NCBI GenBank assembly: GCA_964016885.1
Contig: OZ024741.1
Location: 178,498,001-178,562,000, forward strand
DNA length: 64,000 nt
From: Eledone cirrhosa
Lineage: Eukaryota
Reading direction: 5' to 3'
In this document: positions 1 through 12,030 of the stretch, piece after piece
Layout of the letters: every line of letters starts with the position of its first letter
Position numbering within the stretch: position 1 is the first letter of the stretch
Notes under the pieces: model-generated
What the model was told of the DNA's origin: nothing
Seen by the model: the letters and a program-made list of their open reading frames with translations, nothing else
Databases searched by the model: none
Program-made: the position numbers and the translations under genes

Positions 1-1573
1 TGACACTATAAACTCAGATATATATTATATTTATATATCTTAATAACTTAAGTCGGGGATATCCATAATAAAATTGTGCTTTTGTCTAAATATTGCATAT
101 TCTAGAGTATTTGGTTGTGTGTATCACATAATGTTTTTGTTAGTGTTATTTGAAATATTAGGCGTCTAGCATTTCGACCGTGAATTATGTTGATCAAGTA
201 AAAATATTTCTATGCAATGTATAGATAAAAATACAGCAGGACTTCCAGTGAAGAAATCAAATGGTTGTGTGGGTTTTGTCTGATTCAATAGAAGCTGTAG
301 AAACGATACATTGCTATGCCAAATTCCTTGTAGTACTTATACTCCACCTTTTAATCCAACCGAGTAAATACTACGATTTCTACACGATGAAAGCAATAAA
401 AATTAATGGTTTCTTTATATTAATCCCAGCAAACAGTTATAATAAAATACGTATACGGTTATTGACCCGCCAGCAGCGACCATCCCAACTTTATTTTCAA
501 ATATAGTATATCTAGTACTATATTGTCACTCAGTTCTCCACAATTAATATCGTAGGGTATATTCTGACAGACGATTTGGCTTTTGTTTCTCATGTAGAAA
601 ACAAGGCAGAATTGATTTTCTCAATATGACTGCGACTCTGATTATATATCTTTGCAAAGTAATAATTTCGTTTCTGCTTCATATCAGAATTCAGATAGAC
701 ATTGAACAGGATAGATGACGCTCAACACCAAAATTAGCAAAATAACAACAACCAGTGAATTAAATTGTTCCATTAGTTAAACATTGATGGTGACTTTTTA
801 ATTTTTACTTCTGATAAATTATATTTTTCTATAGAATCATTTTCTATTTTGTGAATACTATTAGCGAACGCTCTTTCAAACACTTTTTTTTATTTCAAAT
901 ATTTTGTGAAAACAAAGTTTCTTTTTTTTACATACAAAATATGTATGGTTATTCTGTTGATATACTGTTTTCTTTTTTATTTTTTTTAACCTTTACACTA
1001 CGGTTCTGAAACACGAAAGCAAAGCGAACCAAATTCATCAAATTTCATATGCGGCTGCGATAGATGTCTCCTCACAAATGAATCAATTATTTCTTGTTTT
1101 ATCCAAGATAAACTATAATCGATCTCACCCTATTATCAAGCTGTTTCAGTCATGATTATCCTGTCCTTCTCAGGTATTTTTCTTGGAATATATTATACAA
1201 TAGAATCGTACTTGTACGTGGTATGATGTGAGCGAGGTTTACTTGTTATTACTAGCATGTCTAGAGATACGTAAGTATCAAGTAATATTATGTGCAGGAT
1301 CAGATGATCTGTAATTATTCTTCTGCAAAAAGTGATTTTGTGCAGAATCAATAGAAACATTTGTGTATTCTTCTCTAGGCGAGAGTTCTATTTGATCGAT
1401 TGTGAACCAATATCGATTCGCAATTAGAATAATTTTACTTACGTCACTATTGCTATTTGAAAAGCATGAGTATATGGATTGTATTATTTATTTTATTTTT
1501 ATTTTCAGGTGATGGCAATAGAAATTCAAAATGATCTCTTTTTGTATCTCTCACTCCTTCTTCCGATTCTCTG

Positions 1574-1762
<189 letters not shown>

Positions 1763-1784
1763 TTTTATAATTTCGTTTTTGCTT

Positions 1785-2035
1785 CATATCAGAAGAGTTA
1801 GAATGTCTCAGTATAGAATCGCTGGACCGATGTTACGGACAAAACCAACCGGTAGGAGACCCAGGGTTAGATACAGGCAACCTTATTGGATAATATCCAT
1901 GAGCTTGGGTGGTCATGCTTGGGGATCCAGCCGGATAAGTTGGAGATGAGACGGTTGCTTCTGAGAGGACCCACTGGAAGGAGTGTTGGAGAACTGTTCC
2001 CCCACGACCCTCTCAGGAATATGTACACGAAGAAA
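1785..2035 (+). mobile_element. Decayed 3' end of an RTE-clade LINE
   Basis: Translation gives ...RTKPTGRRPRVR.. then DNIHELGWSCLGIQP, resembling the G-x-R-x-RGRP-x-x-RW-x-D-x-I C-terminus of RTE ORFs; frameshifted. Confidence 0.5.
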
Positions 2036-2099
2036 AAAATGTGTGGGTGTGTATGTGGGCGTGTGTCTATGTGTGTTTATGCGTATGTCTATGTTTCAC

Positions 2100-2515
2100 A
2101 CACATACCCATGCACCCACACACCCACACACAAACTGCACAGTTGTACACACACGATAGACAACAACAGAGGCCACGTGTTGTCCCTCTCCGACTAAAAA
2201 CCCCCACTTAATGGATGCGAGATCCGAAATATAGGGACAATTACATCACTTCCAAGGTAACTCTATCTCGTGTTATTATTTCTTCAGTGGATTGGCAGTA
2301 TCGGTGGAGGGTCGGAAGCCATGCTTTCCAGCATAGTTACATCCCTTTACGATCTGAGTTCAAATCTCGCCGAGGTTGACTTTACCTTTCATCCTTACGG
2401 GGTCGATAAAATAAAGTACCAGTAATGAACTGGGTAATTGCTGGCCTTGTGCCTAAAGTAGAGACAATTATTTCTTCACTCTTCCCTACGTTCCTCTACA
2501 CCCTATACGTCTCAT
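2100..2515 (+). mobile_element. PLE terminal (pLTR-like) relic interrupted by a SINE
   Basis: 2200-2280 (ccccc..atggatgcgagatccgaaatatagggacaatta..caaggtaac..tatctcgtgttattatt) matches the reverse complement of 8592-8671; similarity resumes after the SINE (2480-2512 vs 8540-8572). Confidence 0.5.
2287..2470 (+). mobile_element. tRNA-derived SINE with Nin/Deu-type central domain
   Basis: A-box TGGCAGTATCGG, B-box GAGTTCAAATC, core cctttcatccttacggggtcgataaaataaagtacc, tail ggccttgtgcctaaagtaga; TSD attatttcttca on both sides. Confidence 0.9.
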
Positions 2516-2873
2516 TCTACATTTCCATATGCCATATGTAAAACCTCCAGTATTCGGATGATTTGATCAGAGCTAAACACTGTATTTAAGGTCGAGTGAC
2601 GCAACTTCAAGTGATTAGCGGCCTGTAAACTCACCTGATCAATGAAACAATTGTTAATACTAGAAATAAAGCCTTTTTGTACAGGTGACCATGTTATTCT
2701 TCAAAATTTCACTATTATTACTCCAAGAATAACCTGCATAGGAATTCTCACGAACTCGCTACCTAACTATGGAAACCTCTTGTTGAGCCAAACAACGCCG
2801 TACGTTAGAACTATCCACAATACAGAGTACTCACAACCTCTAACTGAATTACCTATAACGATAACTTGTTATC

Positions 2874-2915
<42 letters not shown>

Positions 2916-2917
<2 letters not shown>

Positions 2918-3074
2918 CGAAGGAGCTGTGGTAAGGAACCACATGGACCATAACGCACTTGAGTAGTCAATCCTTTGGGTAGTAATGTGGGTAGTAGGAA
3001 AATGTTTGACCCCGACGGCAGAGCTCAAGCCGTTTCGACGGCTATTTCTGGCGCCGAGGTCAAACATTGTCCTA

Positions 3075-3075
<1 letters not shown>
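2916..3075. repeat. Short interspersed hairpin element between (TA)n tracts
   Basis: Homologous to 43812-43950 and more weakly to 57865-57980; contains an imperfect inverted repeat taggaaaatgtttgacc...ggtcaaacattgtccta. Confidence 0.7.
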
Positions 3076-3171
<96 letters not shown>

Positions 3172-3306
3172 AATGATTTTAGTAAGTCCAAAAGTCCATT
3201 GAATTGAAATATACAAATGTTTGCTTTAGCACTCATGACATTTTAATAGCCTGAGCAATATCTATGAAGTTGAATTATTTTCAATTTGATATCGAAACTG
3301 ATGTAT

Positions 3307-3463
3307 TAGTATCGGTAGAGGGTCGGACGCCAATCATATAGTTACGGCCCTTGCCACTCTGAGTTCAAATCCCGCCGAGGTTAACTTTGCCTTTCATCCT
3401 AAAATAAAGTTCCACTAATACACTGGGATAATTGCTGGCCTTGTCCCAAAATTAGAAACAATT
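3307..3463 (+). mobile_element. SINE copy with internal deletions
   Basis: Same head, core and tail as 2287-2470. Confidence 0.85.
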
Positions 3464-3917
3464 AAATTAGATCTTAACGTTAATGTGTAGGAATCGTGTG
3501 TGATATGTTTCAAAAAATTAGAGCGTATTGAGTTATATGTTATTTGAAAAGAACACTACTTATATCTTCTATGCTATGTAAAATATATTTCTAAACATTG
3601 AGGTCATTCGAAAATAAATTTAATACCCAATATAAATAAACATTTGCTAATGTATTTTAAACAAGTTCTACGCGCACATTGCGTTTAGTATAATGTGTTG
3701 TTTAATGCTTTTAAATTACATACATATTACCAGTGATTTAGTTGATTTTACTAATAGCAGTATCGTGTAGCGTATTTGCTTATCACAATTTAGTTATGTG
3801 AGGCAATATTTATAAATGCGTCTGGTAAAATAAATATAAAATTCTAAACAAATGCACTTGTGTTCAAATATAAATATCAATGGTTTTAGCAAAATGTATA
3901 TTAATATTTAACCTATG

Positions 3918-4589
<672 letters not shown>

Positions 4590-5145
4590 TGCGTAATTAT
4601 TACAACTTATTTATTTTAATTTACGTGTCTAAAGAGGTATGAATAAACAATGTGTTGGAATACGAACCGAACCGATTGGAGTGTCATTAGTTTATTCGGA
4701 CCGTGTCACATTCATAAATGTTGCCATTACAAGATACACCAAGGAGCCTCGACACGGTCTTAATTAATGTAATCGGGATTCTTCAAGATTTTGCCAAAGC
4801 AATTCGGGTGATCACTATGCATCTGAATATTGTCTGAAGTGTACATTTATTCTGGATATAAACCACTACAATTCACATTCACATGGTGTTTATGCCAGAT
4901 TTTTATATTGAATTAATTAAGAATTATTATTTGACGAGGAAATTCGATTTGATATATTTTAGCAAATATGCAGACATAACTGAATTATACTGCTATGATC
5001 CGTGAGAGATTGGTGGAAGACTTCGAAATTATATGTGGTCATCAAATCATTATTGAAGACTCAGTATTGGTAAAATGTATTTAGGGTGCATAGTTCAGAT
5101 AAAAATCATACTTTTTCACGATGTATCTATCACAATTAAAGTAGT

Positions 5146-5238
5146 TTCTTCTTCTTCTTCTTCTTCTTCTTCTTCTTCTTCTTCTTCTTCTTCTTCTTCT
5201 TCTTCTTCTTCTTCTTCTTCTTCTTCTTCTTCTTCTTC
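5146..5238. repeat. (TTC)n microsatellite
   Basis: Pure trinucleotide run. Confidence 0.98.
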
Positions 5239-5329
5239 AAAACTAAAAGCCTATTTATCATCCTTCCATTTCTCTCTCTCTCTTTCTCTCATTCACACTC
5301 TCTCTCTCTCTCATAATCCTGGGATGATT

Positions 5330-5770
5330 GTCAGAAGAGGGTCCTGAACACGCCTTGCAGAGATTCCTATCAGAAGAAACTGTCCCAAGTGAGACCAACC
5401 GACCTGTTGGATGTTATCCAACCATCTTACTTGTGGTATTGTGCTGGTTCTCCTGTCTTTACGCGTAAAATCTGTCCAGCGATTCTTTCCTGAGACATTC
5501 TGACCACATGTCCGTGCTGCCAGATCTGTGATCTCTTAATATGGTGAATTCGCGGTTTTACTTGTTGTGACTCACTATCTACGAGCTACGCCTCATATGG
5601 AGTAACATTACTAAAAAGCTTCTGTTCGAGATCGTATTCTTTCTGACATTTCCCAAGATTCATTACCATAGGTAAGAGTTGGCTCAAACACCGAATTGAA
5701 TATATCAAAATAGTCTCCTGCTTCCCTTTCTCTGATGACCGAGTGCTGAATTAATATCCCTATTCCTTAG
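5330..5770 (-). mobile_element. Old RTE-clade LINE 3' fragment
   Basis: Minus-strand translation near 5660-5705 reads IFNSVFEPTLTYGNESW, the RTE LTYGxESW post-RT motif; later GHVVRM and a GxRxxGR-like motif. Confidence 0.5.
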
Positions 5771-6309
5771 TGTTGTGCCACTTTTCCTTAATCTTAATTA
5801 TTAAGGATAAATTCTCATTATTCTGTATGCTTTGCAAAAAAATGATAGACGTACGTTCACTTTGCTGATGTTTTTAATGTTAACACAATCAATGTACATT
5901 GCAATCATTTCTGGCAATATTTTGTGGAATCATTTCAAATGGAAGTGAAATATTCCAAAGAATCTTGAAGCATAAGAACGGTTACATTGGCTAGTATTTC
6001 GTACGCAGTTACGAAGGAATTTGGTTCTTTCTTTGAACTTGAACAAGGATAGTAGTGAAAATCATGAGCTTCCGATTATGTAACTTGAGAATTAATTCGT
6101 ATGAATATTCGGTGAACTCTGGTTTAAAGGAAAGTATTTGATAAAAATAAAGTATTGTTTTTTCTTGTTAGATTATAAAGGGTACATATACTTTATATAT
6201 ATACATATATAGTAAATAATAAGGGCGGCCTCGGACGGATTCTATATGTTCTATGATTACTATTACTGTCGGCCCTCCTCACAGGTAGGTCACGTGATGT
6301 TGCTGGTGT

Positions 6310-6375
6310 GAAGAAGAAGAAGAAGAAGAAGAAGAAGAAGAAGAAGAAGAAGAAGAAGAAGAAGAAGAAGAAGAA
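6310..6375. repeat. (GAA)n microsatellite
   Basis: Pure run. Confidence 0.97.
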
Positions 6376-6389
6376 AAACAACAACAACA

Positions 6390-6515
6390 ATTGTTGCTAC
6401 ATTTGGCACAAGGCCGTGAAATACCCAGTACATTATTGTTAATTTATTTTAAGTTAACATGGGCGCAATTTGAACTCGGAACGTAAAGGGCCATAACTCT
6501 GTACTGTAAAGCATG
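6390..6515 (-). mobile_element. Degenerate SINE copy
   Basis: Reverse complement of tail (ggcacaaggcc) and B-box (tttgaactc) recognisable; core partly deleted. Confidence 0.7.
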
Positions 6516-6633
6516 TTGTCTGATGATTACAGATACTGCCAATCCATCACATTCAACAGCAGAAACAACAACAATAATAGCAAATTGTAAAAAGTAGAAA
6601 CATCAAAAGATATAGTAATATAACTCCTACATT

Positions 6634-6706
6634 TGGAGAATCCGGGCGTCGATCCCGGTACCTCTCGCATGCAAAGCGAGCGCTCTACCATCTGAGCTAA
6701 TTCCCC
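6634..6706 (-). tRNA. tRNA-Ala-TGC: tRNA-Ala(UGC)
   Basis: GGGGAATTAGCTCAGATGGTAGAGCGCTCGCTTTGCATGCGAGAGGTACCGGGATCGACGCCCGGATTCTCCA: 73 nt, full cloverleaf, anticodon TGC, G3:U70 alanine identity pair, A54 typical of eukaryotic tRNA-Ala, discriminator A, T-runs about 25-45 nt downstream. Confidence 0.96.
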
Positions 6707-7049
6707 CCACGAGAACCACACAATTATATACATCTATATAGTGAATGACATACGGAGATCTTTGACCAATTCGATTTGACTGGTTATTTAAAATTAATAC
6801 TGAATTTTCCCTACTAACAGATTTGACAATGATCGTAAGTTTGATATGTATTTTCTTAGACTGATTCAATTTCTATGTATTTTCCATTGTGAGAGTTTGC
6901 TTTTATAAAACATATTTGGTTCAAATCCTCCTGCACGATATTCAAGTTGTTCAACTTTAACGACCAATTGTGTGATTATGTCAATTGACTATAGCGAGAG
7001 ACATGTTCAAATGAAGGTCACGTGATGCTGCATATTTGAACATGAAAAA

Positions 7050-7201
7050 ATAACATCAAAAGTTAAATTTCTATTAGCCTATTGCACTTCAAGTATTATA
7101 AGTAACATATGTGTAAAGTTTGAAAAAAGTCAGTCGAGTACATCTAGAGTTTTAGGGATTTTCACAAACAGACCTCCTATGTTTTATATATATATAGATA
7201 T
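7050..7201 (+). mobile_element. Possible non-autonomous Helitron/Helentron-associated (HINE/DINE-like) end
   Basis: gtgtaaagtttg..gtcagtcgagt..tagagtttt..acaaacagac..tttatatatatatagat resembles the generic 3' end of such elements; recalled pattern only. Confidence 0.3.
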
Positions 7202-7399
7202 ATGGTTGAAATAGTCTGGTGCGATTTTCAGGCTGTATGAATTTAAGGGCCAATTGTGTTACTACTTCTATCGATTACAACTGACAGCCAATCTCAAAAG
7301 AAGGTCATGTGATGCTGTAGTTTCGAAGAAGAAAAAATATTTGAAAAGAAATCTTGACGCATGGAGAATCCAGATTATAAAGTATAAATAGCAGAGCAT

Positions 7400-7640
7400 T
7401 TCATAGACAGGTGTACCCTTAACGCCATTCTCTATTATATTCAGCTTGACACCGTGTGATTAGATTGTTCCTTTAAACTACAGATACAGTCTACCTCACA
7501 GGCTTTTAAACAGTTCCATCCATCCATTTTCCCTCATAAGATATGGGTCAACCCGACACTGTTGCAAATGACATTTTCTCAACATGCCACGCAGTGAGAT
7601 CGAGGCCTGTATCTAAACCTTGCAAAGTAATCTTCTTCCT
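7400..7640 (-). mobile_element. Old SINE (second family, CORE-like)
   Basis: Reverse complement aligns with 33030-33360 and 49420-49700 (actgcgtggca..ttg.g.aa.tgtc..t..c..cagtgtcgggttgacc; ctgta.tt.aaagg..ttaagggtacac). Confidence 0.6.
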
Positions 7641-8383
7641 CATTTGGTCTTAATGCGTTCAATAGAATACGAAAAATCTAATCTTTATTTCCCTCACTTA
7701 ATTCTGAAAACGTTTTAGTACATTTTGTTTATATCCATTGCAATAAACCGAAAATGTTTCCGAAATAAATAACGATTCTGATTTACAAACATAATTTAAA
7801 GAGCACCACCTACGAGAAATAGAAGCCAAATACCTCTCAAAAGACATTCTACTCTCTTGACGTGGTTCAAGATACACTTTATGGAAACGAAAGATGGGGT
7901 GGGCTGCATCTGAAAGATGGGGTGGGCTGCATAAAGTTGTGTTAAATATGGGCTGGCTTCATAATAATCAACATAACAATGAGATTTAAAATAAACTTAG
8001 AATTGTTTATCAATATATTTCGTTGGAAATCTCTTTCACGAAATTTTCGAGAATTAAGGTCCGACATTCATTCTAGTTTCAGCTTTCCTATTTCCAGCAC
8101 GGGGACTATAAAATATCATCCATCAGTGATGGCTATTCGAAATTTAAAGTTTAAGTTCTGATGACCATTCAATGGCTGTAAAAACGTCAGCGCAAACCAC
8201 CGAAAGCATCAATATGCATCAGCAGATTATACTGATGTTACAGGTTTGTAATTCTCCTGTTGAGTTGGAATTGAATGGTAAGGAGCGTTACATTTGTATT
8301 CCCACAATGAAGCCCCAACTGGCAAAGCATATTGTCATATATAAATACATAGATACATGCATATCTATCTATCTATCTATCTA

Positions 8384-8418
<35 letters not shown>

Positions 8419-8479
8419 TAAATTTCTTTAAGTCGTTTGGAAGCCTCGACAATGCAGATGGGTAAATCTCCGGGTAACA

Positions 8480-9530
8480 AGATCCGGTGGTGGAGAGAGA
8501 GATGTAAGTGGGTGTACGTTGAAATGCGTTGCGTGTAGAAGACTGTAGCGTGTAGAAGAATATAGGAAAGAGCGTAAAGGATAAAATAAAAATAATAACA
8601 CGAGATAAGGTTACCTTGGGAGAGATTTAATTGTCCCTATATATTTCGGATTTCACATCCATCAACTGGGGTTTTTTCCGGGTGGGGGGGGGTGTCTGTC
8701 GGAAAGGTGCGACAGACACCAGAAACGAGTTGAGATTTGGTGAGGTTGTGTGGTGTGTGTGTGTGTGTGTTTGCGAAGTATATCCGAGATGGAGTGTTTT
8801 AGCCTGATGAGTTTAGTGTCGGGTTCGTGGTTGGGGGGTGGAGTGGGTTGTCGGGGTGGTAAGTGGGGAACTAGGGGTGGGTTGCGTGGGCGCTGTTATT
8901 TTCTGTGGCGCTGTTGATGGCGATCACCCATTTAAGTTGGTAAGCGGCTCGACAAAAGTTGGCCTCGATGTCGAGTTTGAGTCTGTCGTCGAGTCGTTGT
9001 GAGACGATGAACTTGGGTCCGAGGTGTAGGAGTTTCAGCTCGTCGCTCGTGAGAGTGCCGGTTTGGTCGGTCACCAGGTGCGTCGCATCGTTGAGGTGTG
9101 GCTCGGTGTTGGTGGATGCGGCGGTGGCGGTTGTTACGTTGTTGTTTTCCACGTAGTTCTGGTCCGTCTGTTCGTTAGTGTTGATGTTCTCGTTGTGGAG
9201 TTTTCACACGATCCACTCATATTTCCGCTTGAGCCGTTTTTTCTCGTATTGGACTCTGGAGTGGTAGCACTGGTCGATTGCTTTAGTGATTTTCAGGAGC
9301 AAGTCGCCGGGTGTTATTGACAGTCGATGTGTCCGCTCTGAGAGTGTCCGCTTATGGATGTGTAATTGGCAGTTGAGATGTCTCAGGATCTGTTTAATAC
9401 ACGTGCGATGTATGCGGTTAGTGGTGTTTTGGAAAGCTGGTGTACGTAGGCTTCCTGGTAAGCGGATGTTCCTGGTGGTGTTGGGGATGACAACGTTTTT
9501 TAGGCAGCGTTTCAGGAAAATAATTTGATG
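8480..9530 (-). mobile_element. Internally deleted Penelope-like element (N-terminal ORF piece fused to a terminal region)
   Basis: Minus strand reads IIFLKRCLKNVVIP... and ...LTSDELKLLHLGPKF..., typical PLE N-terminal motifs, with in-frame stops; ends in an HHR-like motif at 8634-8671. Confidence 0.55.
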
Positions 9531-11370
9531 ATATATATGAAAACAGGAAGAAAAAGACGATTATTAGGAAGAAAAATATATTTTTTCCCTTTTTATTTTT
9601 CTCTCTCTTTTCCTGGGTTAGAAAATGATTAAAACGAAATATTTTACTTTGTGTGAAGTGTTAAGGTATTAGTTGATTTATTTATTAATTAACAATGGCA
9701 TTTATTTATTTATTTATATATTTAATAATTGTCTATACCGGTTTCAGCATTTTATGCATTATCAAATGATAATAATATGTATTGGTGTAGAATGGTGGTG
9801 TTGGACATGTTAAAGAAATGGTGCAGAAAGAATAATGTTATTTACAAACAAGGTTTAAGAAGTGAAAAGAAAAAAAGGGGCATAATGTGGAACATAATAA
9901 AGCAATGTGAAAAAAAGAATAATGTTATTTACAGGCATAGTTCTTGAAGATAAGCAGATCAAAATGTGTTAATATAGCAAGAGTGCTTAGTTGATCCATG
10001 ATGGAGGCAAATGGTGTCTGGGGTTTGATATGATTTCCCTTTTTTAGAGAGTTAATATGCAGGGAGAGGTAATTTAGGGTGGGAGAGAAATTGTGAATGG
10101 TATTTAATTTATTTAAGAAAAAAGATTAGGTAGAGTGTAAGGTAGGTAACTCTTTAGAGAGACACAGGTATTTGTAAATGTTTCATTGTTCGTTCCAGTT
10201 TTAGTTCAGTCCGAAGTTTAAAACATTAAGTAGAGGTTAGAATTTGTTAATGAAATACGTTTCCTTATTGGTACGATGGATAAAAGTAGCGTTGTCTATG
10301 AATTTGTAAATGGGGGAAATTTTAAAGTCTGGTTGTCAAGAGCACTACATAGGACAGACAAGAAACAGCCTCAGACAACGTATGACCGTCCATAAATCAC
10401 AAATCAAAATACAGGAATACAGAAAGATTGCGTTTAGTGAACATATCGCCAATCGTTCACCCAACCAACATCCAAACTTTAAAATTGTCCCTATTTACAA
10501 ATTCATAGATAACGCTTCTTTCATACATCGTACCAATAAGGAAACGTATTTCATTAACAAATACCAACCTCTACTTAATACACTAAACTTCGGACTAAAG
10601 TAAAACTGGAATGAACAATGAAACATTTAAAAATACCTACCTTACACCCTACCTAATCCTTTTTCTTAATAAATTAAATACTATCCACCATTTCTATCCC
10701 GCCCTGAATTACCTCCCCCTGCATATTATCTCTCTAAAAAAGGGAAATCATAGGAAACCCCAGACACCATTTGCCTCCATCATGGATCAACTAAGCACTC
10801 TTGCTATATTAACACATTTTGATCTGCTTATCTTCAAGAACTATGCCTGTAAATAACATTATTTTTTATCAAACCCCAGAACACTATTTGCCTCCATCAT
10901 GGATCAACTAAGGACTCTTGCTATATTAACACATTTTGATCTGCTTATCTTCAAGAACTATGCCTGTAAATAACATTTGTTTTCACATTGCCTTATTATG
11001 TTCCACATTACGCCCCTTTTTTTCTTTTTTCTTTTCACTTCATAAACCTTGTTTGTAAATAACATTATTCTTTCTGCACCATTTCTTTAACATGTCCAAC
11101 ACCACCATTCTACCCCAATAAATATTATTATCATTTGATAATGCATAGAAATGCTGGAGACCTGTAATAGACAATTATTAAATATATAAATAAATAAATG
11201 AATGCCATTGTTAATTAATAAATAAATCAACTAATATCTTAACACTTCACACAAAATAAAATATTTCGTATTAATCATTTTCTAACCCAGAAAAAAGAGA
11301 GAGAAAAATAAAAAGGAACAAATATATTTTTCTTCCTAATAATCGTCTTTTTCTCCCTGTTTTCATATAT
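9531..11370 (+). mobile_element. PLE 3' fragment (GIY-YIG C-terminus plus tail) with inverted copy of its own 3' part
   Basis: ORF 10330-10603 CQEHYIGQTRNSLRQRMTVHKSQI..KETYFINKYQPLLN is a GIY-YIG endonuclease; 9531-10335 is a diverged reverse complement of about 10465-11370. Confidence 0.85.
10330..10603 (+). pseudogene. GIY-YIG endonuclease fragment of a PLE
   Basis: YIG motif, catalytic R (LRQRM), H, E (KE) and terminal N (LLN) present; 5'-truncated. Confidence 0.85.
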
Positions 11371-11416
11371 ATATATATATATATATATATCCTAACACGT
11401 GTGCTTCCTCTCCACA

Positions 11417-11419
<3 letters not shown>

Positions 11420-11476
<57 letters not shown>
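11420..11476. repeat. (ATT)n microsatellite
   Basis: Pure run. Confidence 0.97.
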
Positions 11477-11483
<7 letters not shown>

Positions 11484-12030
11484 TGTAGTGATGAGCTGGC
11501 TCCTCTTCCCGATCATCACACTCCTCACGGGCTCATCGTGTAGGATCATGTGTTCTTGGATCGCAAGTATCTGCATTCCACTCTCCTCGAACAGATGTCC
11601 CAACTCCTCTCTCTTCTCCAGCGTCCGAATAGTCCTCACATTCAAAGTGCTCATTTTGATGGAGAAAACTGCATTCTTTATATTTGTCTCAGAGACAGCT
11701 GATCCATCATGCACTGGCCCTCTTTGTGGCTCTAAGCCAGCAGAGTCATAACGACCAGGCTGCTCCTTGACAGTGTAATTAGGGGCTCTAACCCTAGTGC
11801 TGTTAGATCGACTCTCCATATTTCTTTTCAATGGCTGACAATACCTTACCGGCGCCACTCGAATAAGGTAGTTATTTAACCCATAAGTGGAGCCCTAACA
11901 GGTACTACCACCCCGGGCCAGGGCAGACCTGGGAGTCATGACAACTAAGGGGCAACTCCACATTCCCCACAACTCCTGAACTCCCAAACTGTAGCCTTGC
12001 CACTGGATGTAGTTTAATGTCATACCAAGT
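11484..12030 (-). mobile_element. Inverted 5' segment (5' UTR plus APE endonuclease N-terminus) of the adjacent RTE LINE
   Basis: Minus ORF MESRSNST..STLNVRTI..ILAIQEH..QLITT contains APE motifs I and II; the protein continues on the plus strand at about 12031 (KNTTNAAIGGVGF). Confidence 0.9.

Noticed and set aside
7889-7932. 21-bp tandem duplication gaaagatggggtgggctgcat
   Set aside because: Ordinary local slippage; likewise 15301-15342.
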